Positions 53,871 to 64,000 of a DNA stretch of 64,000 bases are shown in pieces. Position 1 is the first letter of the stretch. Each line of letters begins with the position of its first letter. The translations under genes and the position numbers were made by a program. Below the pieces are notes generated by a model. The model was not told the DNA's origin. It searched no databases and was given only the letters and a program-made list of their open reading frames with translations. Origin of the DNA: Octopus vulgaris (taxonomy: Eukaryota). Location: NCBI GenBank assembly GCA_951406725.2, contig OX597817.1:131626001-131690000 (forward strand). The letters are read 5' to 3'.

Positions 53871-55298
53871 CTGGTCCTGCAAATATTTGGTGTAGAACCT
53901 GTACAAATGATTTGCTTATAAAGCTCCATTGTTTGTGCTATGCATTTACTCACAGACTCCATCAGCTCAACGTTGCTTTACAAGTGGACCGTGCGTCACA
54001 CGTCAAACGTCGAAGTGGTCGTAGGGCAACGTGTAATGAAGTGTTTAGCTCAAGAAGACAAAGCACCAATTGTTTTCTGCCAAAATTCCGAAGTCTTCCG
54101 AATCTACATAGTCCGAGGTATATTTGTAGAGAATTTCATTAAAAAACTATCCATATTTTTGAAAGTTATAATCATCCAAAGTCGGGATAGGGAAGAAATC
54201 TGTAGTTATGCCCCACCAGGCCCATGAATTGAAATCACAATCTTGCAATCGTGAGTTCAGCACCTCAACCTCTCGGTCACACACCTTCACCATATTTTAC
54301 GTCAAATACGTAATAAGACGAGATCGTCACGCTAGTGCTATTTCAAGGTAGGGGGTCAATCGGACAGTTTCCCATCGGCCAAGGTTCTGTAGGGCTCTCA
54401 ATCTTAGTCTATATTCTGAAGTACAAGTAGGGAGTCTCCAAGGTATTGTTTTGACGGAGGAAGAGGGCTGGAGTGATTAATGCAGCAAAGACGGCCCTGC
54501 TCATGAGCAGGGACCTATTTGGTAAGTCTTCACCCAGGGCTAAAAAACATAGCAACAACAACATCATCTTTATCATCTCTACATCTATCACTATCAATAT
54601 CATCATCATCATCATCATCGTCGTCGTCGTCGTAACCATCATCATTGTAAACAACAACAACAACACCGATGTCACCATGTACAATAACAACAACAACAGC
54701 ATCATCTCCATCACCACCAACAGAAGAAGCAACAGCAGCAATAATTATGATAGCATCAATAGCAAGACTGGTAATAACTGCTACCACTACCACCACCACC
54801 ACCACCATCATCATCATCATGATCATCACCACCACCACCGCCACCGTCGCCGACGACGTCACCACCACTACCACCACCATCACCATGGCCGCCGTCGCTG
54901 CCGCCACCACCACCGCCACCACCACCGCCACCACCACCGCCACCACCACCACCACCACCACCACCGACGCCACCACCACCACCACCACCACCACCACCGC
55001 CGCATCAGTAACAAGAGCAATTATTCTGGAAAAGTTGTTTATCCTGGCACATGTGCAATCAGCCACTCTTGGCGGCCCCACTGTTGTTCAGAAAGAAAAG
55101 AAAACGCAACAAACAAACACAAGACTATAGAGAAGCATCGATAAGGAATAAACGAAAATTAAACAAAAAATAAACGTAGCGAAAAAAAAAAACCCATGAA
55201 AAATTGAAGATTAAAGTAAAGCCACAACTTGGGACTTGATATTACCGACTTATCTATCTGTCCGTCTGTCTGTCCTTCTGTCTGTGAATAGATAGATG

Positions 55299-55344
<46 letters not shown>

Positions 55345-55374
55345 AAGAGAAACTTGAAGAGACAGATAGGCAGG

Positions 55375-55418
<44 letters not shown>

Positions 55419-55420
55419 AC

Positions 55421-55523
<103 letters not shown>

Positions 55524-55582
55524 TTGCATCGGTATAAAAGATGGGTTACAGCAAATATTCTGCTAAATACCACAGATTTGTT

Positions 55583-56127
55583 ATGCCTTGATGTAGTACC
55601 AGGCAGTGGCTCTCATGGCTGCTGATCTTAACTGATTGGAAGTGTTATCATGTACATTGTTTTGTCCTGGTGTAAAAGATGGGCTACAGCAAATATTCTG
55701 CTCAATACCACAGATTTGCGTGTCAGTTGTTTGACCGTAACCAATTGAGCATGTCCCTTAATGGCTGACGATATGTGCATCTCTGATCATGAGTAGAAGT
55801 AGTGGGGGAGCATCATAGCCATGTATTCAAAGGAATTCTTAAAGGTTTGGATAATTCATCTTTGAAAACAGGGGTGGTTCGTTCAACATCCTTAAACAAT
55901 CCTTATTTGAGCGGGATGGGCTACTCGACCAGAAGAAAATTCTAACTGGGCCCCACCTGCAAGGTCGTGCGTTGTTTATCTTGATATGAGATCACCATGT
56001 CGCGCACATATGGTTGTGATGCATGTGCCTGATGTACCCTTATCAGACGGGTAGTCATGATGGGTATATTAGGCTTCGTATACTTTACCCCAGTGTCACT
56101 TTGCTGGCATGCACTATTCTCTCACTC
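55583..56127 (+). mobile_element. Element X copy, preceded by a 60-bp internal duplication at 55523-55582
   Basis: Alignment to 18801-19356. Confidence 0.85.
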
Positions 56128-56148
56128 AATAATGATGATGATAATAAC

Positions 56149-56220
<72 letters not shown>

Positions 56221-56767
56221 TGCAGTACCAGGCAAGTGGCTCTCGTGGCTTCTGATCTTAACTGATTGGAAGTGTTATCATGTACATTGTTTTGTCTTGG
56301 TATAAAAGATGGGCTGCAGCAAATATTCTGCAAATACCACAGATTTGCTTGTCAGTTGTTTGACCTTAACCAGTTGAGCATGTCCCTTAGTGGCTGACGA
56401 TATGTGCATCTCTGATCACGAGCAGAAGTAGTGGGGGAGCATCATAGCCATGTGTTGAGAAGGATTCTTTGGGGTTTGAATAATTCACCTCTGGAAACAA
56501 GGGTGTTTCGTTCAACGTCCTTAAACAACCCTTATTCAGGGACCTTTTGAGCGGGATGGGTTACTCGATCTGAAGAAAATTCTAACTGGGCTCCACCTGC
56601 AAGGTCATGTGCTGTTTATCTTGATATGAGATCACCATGTCGCGCACATATGGTTGTGATGCATGTGCCTGGTGTACCCTTATCAGACGGGTAGTCATGA
56701 TGGGTATACTGGGCTTCGTATATTTTACCCCAGTGTCACTTTGATGGCATGCTCTGCTCGCTCACTC
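56221..56767 (+). mobile_element. Element X copy
   Basis: Alignment to 18801-19356; lacks the first ~9 nt. Confidence 0.85.
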
Positions 56768-56784
56768 AATAATAATAATAAAAA

Positions 56785-56825
<41 letters not shown>

Positions 56826-56871
56826 GTAGTAGTAGTAGTAGTAGTAATAATAATAATAATAATGATAATAA

Positions 56872-56946
<75 letters not shown>

Positions 56947-57028
56947 TGATAATAATAATAATAATAATAATAATAATAGTAATAGTAATAGTAATAGTAA
57001 TAGTAATAGTAATAATAATAATAATAAT

Positions 57029-57084
<56 letters not shown>

Positions 57085-57103
57085 AAACAACAACAACAAC
57101 AAC

Positions 57104-57187
<84 letters not shown>

Positions 57188-57188
<1 letters not shown>

Positions 57189-58481
57189 GTCCCAGTTATA
57201 AGTTACAGCTACAATATCCTTAACTGGACACGAAATGAACTGACCAAAATAGATAGGAAAACAAGAAAAATAATGACAGGATCTAGGATGCATCACCCAA
57301 AATCTGACATAGAAAGACTATATATACAACGTATGGAAGGTGGTAGAGGCCTTATACAACTGGAAAACTACTATAAAATAACCACCATAGGACTGCAAAA
57401 ATATCTACTTCAGAAGGAAGGAAAACTGATCCAGATAGCGGCAAAACACGAGCAAAACAAAAAACTGTTCTCAGTATTTAAGGAAGCTGACAAATACAAA
57501 CAAGAAATCATACCACCTAATAAACATGAAGAAGAAGAAGAAGATGAAGAAACAACAAAAGCTATAAAACAAATGAAATCCAAACTAAAAACAGAACAGC
57601 AACGAACCATGATAAAACGATGGCAAGAAAAGCCCCTTCATGGTAAATACTGCACTAAACTAAACGCAAAAGAAATAGACAAAGAAAAATCCCAGCAATG
57701 GTTGAGAAGCTCAGGACTCAAAGCAGAAACAGAGGGATTTTTAATTGCAGCACAAGACCAAAGCCTCCCCACCAGAAATTACCAAAAACATGTAATGAAA
57801 AGAAATATTACAAGTAACTGCAGAATATGTGGAGATGGACAAGAAACAATAAATCATATTATCTCTAGCTGCCCAGTCCTGGCTAAGAAGGAATATATTC
57901 ACAGACATGACAGAGTTGGAACCTACATACATTGGAAGCTATGCCAACATTATGGAATAACAACAGAAAAAAGATGGTATAGGCACACACCAGAAAAGGT
58001 CACAGAAAACGAGAAAGCAACCATACTCTGGGATATGCCGATACACACAGATAGAGAAATTAAGGCCAACAGACCAGATATAGTTGTCAGAGATCATGAA
58101 GAAAAAAATGCTTTTTAATTGATGTATCAATACCGGCTGATGACAACGTGCCTCTAAAAGAAATGGAGAAACTTTCAAAATACAAAGACCTGGAAATAGA
58201 GGTAACTAGAATGTGGAATCTGAAAACAGAAACAATTCCTATCATAGTAGGTGCATTAGGCATGATAAAAAAATATTCAGACAAATACATAACAAAAACA
58301 CCAGGACTTACAAACACATATAACATACAGAAAATTGCACTACTAGGCAGTGCACACATCCTACGCAGAACACTTTCCATACAATAACCATCAGAGCATC
58401 ACAACAAATCACAGAACATACCCAAGGCACACAGAGCTGTGCTCGGTAGTGAAGTGAAAGCACGCTATAAAAATAAAACTA

Positions 58482-58484
<3 letters not shown>
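57188..58484 (+). mobile_element. 5'-truncated R4/Dong-like RLE retrotransposon in (AAT)n
   Basis: HHPKSDIERLY...GGRGL, CRICGDGQETINHIISSC, RHDRV, RPDIVV and EKLSKYKDL; one frameshift in an A-run at ~58105; (AAT)n on both sides. Confidence 0.92.
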
Positions 58485-58566
<82 letters not shown>

Positions 58567-58849
58567 TCCAAACTAAAACTAATATATTTTAATTTTTATG
58601 TATTAATTGTATTAATCGAATTACATTTTCTATATAATTAATGACAATATGTGTTTTGAATCCGCTCTTCGATTTAAGGTTTTTCCTCGATTTTTTATAA
58701 TTTATATTGAATTCATTTATTTTGTTTATTTTGTTTATCACATGCTTGAGACCGTTATTTGAAAGGACCAATGAAACAAATACATTTGTAAAGGTGTATC
58801 CTTTAACTAGTTTTGATCAAATTGTTATTTTTGTTCAATTTTAACAAAA

Positions 58850-58885
58850 CTGTCCGACGAACGGGGACATGAAACTGAGTAACAG
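58850..58885 (+). ncRNA. Diverged hammerhead-like motif (paralogue of 59108-59145)
   Basis: CTGT-CCGACGA-acggggacat-GAAAC-tga-GTA-ACAG. Confidence 0.45.
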
Positions 58886-58912
58886 CTTTTGTTATAATTC
58901 TGCTGCTTTTAA

Positions 58913-58975
<63 letters not shown>

Positions 58976-59014
58976 CACACACATACATACATACATATAT
59001 ATATATATGTATAT

Positions 59015-59177
59015 TTTATTTAAAGCAGCAGAAAATTCAACAAAACCTGTTACTCTGAGTTTCACGTTGCCGTTCATCGGACAGTTTTTGCTAGATTCTG
59101 ACAAAAACTGTCCGATGAACGGCAACGTGAAACTCAGAGTAACAGGTTTTGTTGAATTTTCTGCTGCTTTAAATAAA
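59015..59177. repeat. Perfect hairpin with 76-bp arms and an 11-nt spacer
   Basis: 59015-59090 is the reverse complement of 59102-59177. Confidence 0.95.
59108..59145 (+). ncRNA. Minimal type-I hammerhead ribozyme motif (mirror copy on the - strand at 59047-59084)
   Basis: CTGT-CCGATGA-ACG gcaa CGT-GAAAC-tcaga-GTA-ACAG. All three stems pair, loop II is GNRA, and the core is a U4C variant. Confidence 0.65.
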
Positions 59178-59783
59178 GCATATTACTCTACCACTGGTAT
59201 TTGAGTACTCTTTTTTCCACCTTGTTTCACATTTATGTGTTTACTTCGGTATATATGTATATATGTTTGTCCAAAATAACGCAGTAGGAGTGAATGGTGA
59301 AGGGAGAGGAGAGAAAATAGTAATTCAGTGAATGAGAAGTAGGGAAAGTAATAGCCATGACGGAGAGAGAGTGAGAGAAAGTAATTGCAATGAGAGAGAG
59401 GAAGTGGCAAAGAGAGCTTCGTGTATCTTCTGCTATAATAATCTACTCTTGTGTATTTCTCCGTCACAAAATATGAATGAGAAAGGAACGGATGATCAAC
59501 CGATGGAAGTGGGATGGTGAAAAGTCAAAGGTGAAACAAAAATGAAACATCGCTTCAACTCTGTGTAAGTATATGTGTGTGCGTGTAAACGGGAGGAATG
59601 TGAATGTTTGTTTGTTTGTTTTTGTGTGCGTGCGCGCGCGCGTGTGTGTACGTGTGTATTTGTATAAACAGACACACTTAAAAAGGAAGGAGGCGGGCTG
59701 TGACAAAACCGTGTTCACTACAGTCTGTACTACTCATACATATAAATGTATATATATATATATGCCACACACACACACATACA

Positions 59784-59834
<51 letters not shown>

Positions 59835-60064
59835 CTGAAGCACATTTTGATTTTTTTCACCTTTTTGTACCCTTTATACATATAAAATACTAAAATTAGC
59901 CGTTATTTTTGACAGCACGGGGCCAGCTGGTTATTGTAATAATTGTGGAACTATAGTAGTGAACTGGGAAATAATAAGATAGGGATTATTGTAGTAATAC
60001 GGAAATTATAATAGTGAAGAATAATTATAATCATAATAGTGAACAATAATTACCCAGAATAATT

Positions 60065-60880
60065 AACAAGTGGCGTTGTGAAACCGTCGAGTCTTCGGCG
60101 ACAACCTAGATGAAGGAACACTCCAATCCCCAAACTAGGGAAGCAAGGATCCTGCCGCCTTGGTGGACTAACTTGATAGAGATGGTGTTTCGATAAAAAT
60201 ACGGGTTGGTAGTAACCTAAAGACACACTTCATTGGTGAGTGAAAATGCCAAGCAGCGAGGTGGGCCCGGTCGTAATCCAACAACTACTAGCCATACTAC
60301 AAGACACGGTCCTTGCACTGGTCAAATTATGCAACGTGCTCGAAAACGCGAGTGGTCTGTTGATATGAACCAATAGGCGACCCAATGCCATGAAGAATCC
60401 TTGCCCTTGCTGGACAAGAACAATTGCAAATATAAAGCCGTTGAAAAAAGATCATTAGAACTTTGGAACCGGCTGGGTATGTACTAGATTACTGAAAATG
60501 GATTCATGAATCAGATAAGAATAATTCGGAATAGAGTTTTCCTTAATGAGGCCCAGATACAGACAGTCGAGAAAAGCCTCTGTAGTGGTGATAATCTCGA
60601 AGAGAATACCTTAGGTGAAGATCAGCGAATGCATAACCAAGGTGAAGTTGCAGTGGAGGGAAGGCCGGCCGATCAATATAATGTAGAAAACCCTGAAATA
60701 AGCGATGATATGACGGAGGAACAGGGAAATCTCAGGAAAAGACACGAGCATATAATAATTACACCAACAGAGACCAAGCCGGTGAATCTAAGAAGTTTTG
60801 ACCGTAAAAATAAGAAGTAGTAACCCGCTACCCACACAATTCCTATCAGGAATAAAAACAAACCTGAGCCAAATCAAAAT
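60065..60880 (+). mobile_element. Decayed 5' end/N-terminus of an R4/Dong-like element
   Basis: RKREWSVDMN...KRSLELWNRLGMY*ITENGFMNQIRII resembles the N-terminal domain of this clade as recalled, not searched. Confidence 0.5.
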
Positions 60881-61455
60881 AATAATAAGAATATAGCATA
60901 TTTAGATATACAAAGAAAATACGGATTTATAAAAATCAAACGCTAAAATATAATTTACGTATTTATGTAATAATCATCCATTTTCTGTATATTACGTAAT
61001 ACATGTTGATTCACCGTGGTATTGGTGAATTCATTAACCTTTGGAAGAACCAAAGTTCCAGCTGCACCATAAAAGCATTTAATCACGATTTGCATAAATT
61101 AAGACCCGCTGCGAATGATTTTGTCAGCTTTTTCAATGTGGCAACTAATCATCAACTGAGAACACGAATTATGATTTTAGCAAATCAAAATTTTAATGCA
61201 GTTTCACTCATTTATTAAAATCCTCTTAGTCTCGAAGATTATGGTAGAATTCTCACCAATATTTAACTTATTGATAGTGCACGTTTACAGGAGACAAGCT
61301 TAGTCAAATGACAGATCAAAATAGTTTTAGATGAACATAAAATATTTATCAATCTGATACAATGGTATCTAATACAGATAAAACGAACCGATGGCGAGCG
61401 GGCTTGGAATGGTCGATGAGATTAAACATCATCATCATTATTATTATTATTATCA

Positions 61456-62870
<1,415 letters not shown>

Positions 62871-62880
62871 CACATATATT

Positions 62881-62940
<60 letters not shown>

Positions 62941-62944
<4 letters not shown>

Positions 62945-63130
62945 ATCCAAACAAGAAAGCACAAAAAAAAAAACACAACGCGAGGACGGGGAACAAATAT
63001 AGTATTATTGGACGCTCAGGAAAGAAGGAAAGGAGGGTCTAACGTTTCGAGCGGAGCTCTGCGTCGGAAACATAGGAGAAGGAAAGATGCAGAGAAGGGA
63101 AGACAGAGGGAAAAAAATCGCCAACGGTAC
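62941..63130 (-). mobile_element. Probable Penelope-like terminus with a decayed hammerhead-like motif
   Basis: Minus strand tttccgacgcagagctccgctcgaaacgtta at 63040-63070; abuts (TA)n. Confidence 0.45.
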
Positions 63131-63137
63131 ACACGTG

Positions 63138-63353
63138 AGGGTGTTCACAAAGTCTCTCCGCAGTAAGTATTTAACGGTTTTTCGGGCGATTCTTGTACAC
63201 TGATCCTTTACTTGCTCCCGAGAAAAAAACGTGTGGCGGTGTTAAATCAGGTGCTTTTAGTGGCCAAAGTCCCATCGAAAACCTTTTGAAGTAGCGCCAT
63301 GGTGATGCCCAGGATGAAAAATATTCACTGCTGAGAGACCTTTTGAACACCCT
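63138..63353. mobile_element. Tc1/mariner-like MITE
   Basis: 21-bp TIRs agggtgttcacaaagtctctc / gagagaccttttgaacaccct (2 mismatches); the TA TSD is not clean. Confidence 0.7.
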
Positions 63354-64000
63354 GTGTATGTTTACATGTGTCTGCTTATTTTAACATTGTGCTATGGTAT
63401 TATCAATGCTTTCATCGTTAACCGTTTTCATTTTTTGTAGAAAATTTTATATAAACTAGTTACCTTCTCTACCAATGTTTTCTTGTCAATATTTGCGGTA
63501 TACCGTGTGGCGTAGTTTGTTGCTTTGTTGTAGATGGAATTCACTGAAAAAATAAATAAAATTAAAAGCTTACAATCATCTAATTTACATACATGCATGT
63601 ATTTACATATTCTCACTTATACAAACGCACTCTTATGCATTTGTACATCGATATATACACATGCATACAAACATATATATATATATATATACGTCTTTTT
63701 GTTTATATACATGTAAAATGATGTGCTCCATTCTCCCATTTTACTTTCACACACATACACGTGCAAATATATATTTGTGTGTGTGTATATATATAATCTA
63801 TATATACATAGATGCACACATATGTACGTATATATATATATATATATATATATCGTTCCATTGGGGTATATTCACAGCCTCATTAATTGTAAACGTTATG
63901 TCCGTTGTGTTTGACATTAATCAACGTCTATACCATATATTATATAGTCTTTGATCTCTGCGTCTCTGTATCATGTCGGTTCAGCATCGATTGCTTCTTA

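Noticed and set aside
54473-55144. His/Thr-rich 223-aa ORF
   Set aside because: Mostly (CAC)/(CAT)/(AAC) repeats with a non-ATG start
56862-57187. N-terminal ~110 aa of the 418-aa ORF
   Set aside because: Microsatellite read-through; real retrotransposon coding starts at ~57188

Overview
This is repeat-dominated, AT-rich animal genomic DNA. It is most likely intergenic or intronic sequence from a cephalopod such as Octopus; that is inferred from the SINE families and microsatellite load, not from a search. No intact host gene is supported, and almost all listed ORFs are translations of microsatellites. The recognisable coding content is decayed transposons: at least five R4/Dong-like RLE non-LTR fragments, mostly in (AAT)n tracts, two RTE-clade LINE fragments, one Penelope-like GIY-YIG fragment and one hAT transposase C-terminus. 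There are also several tRNA-derived SINE families and hAT- and Tc1/mariner-type MITEs. Four observations stand out. (1) Short unrelated inserts in or beside (TA)n tracts carry minimal type-I hammerhead-ribozyme motifs (23085, 59047/59108, 58850, 2978, 2281/2583). (2) Three unrelated long hairpins with 11-14 nt spacers each start at the edge of a (TA)n tract. (3) One SINE is built as head-(184-bp unit)n-tail with the same junction at independent loci. (4) A non-coding ~555-bp element with defined ends sits in (AAT)n-type tracts next to Dong-like fragments. All family assignments were made by eye and need Dfam/Repbase/Rfam confirmation.
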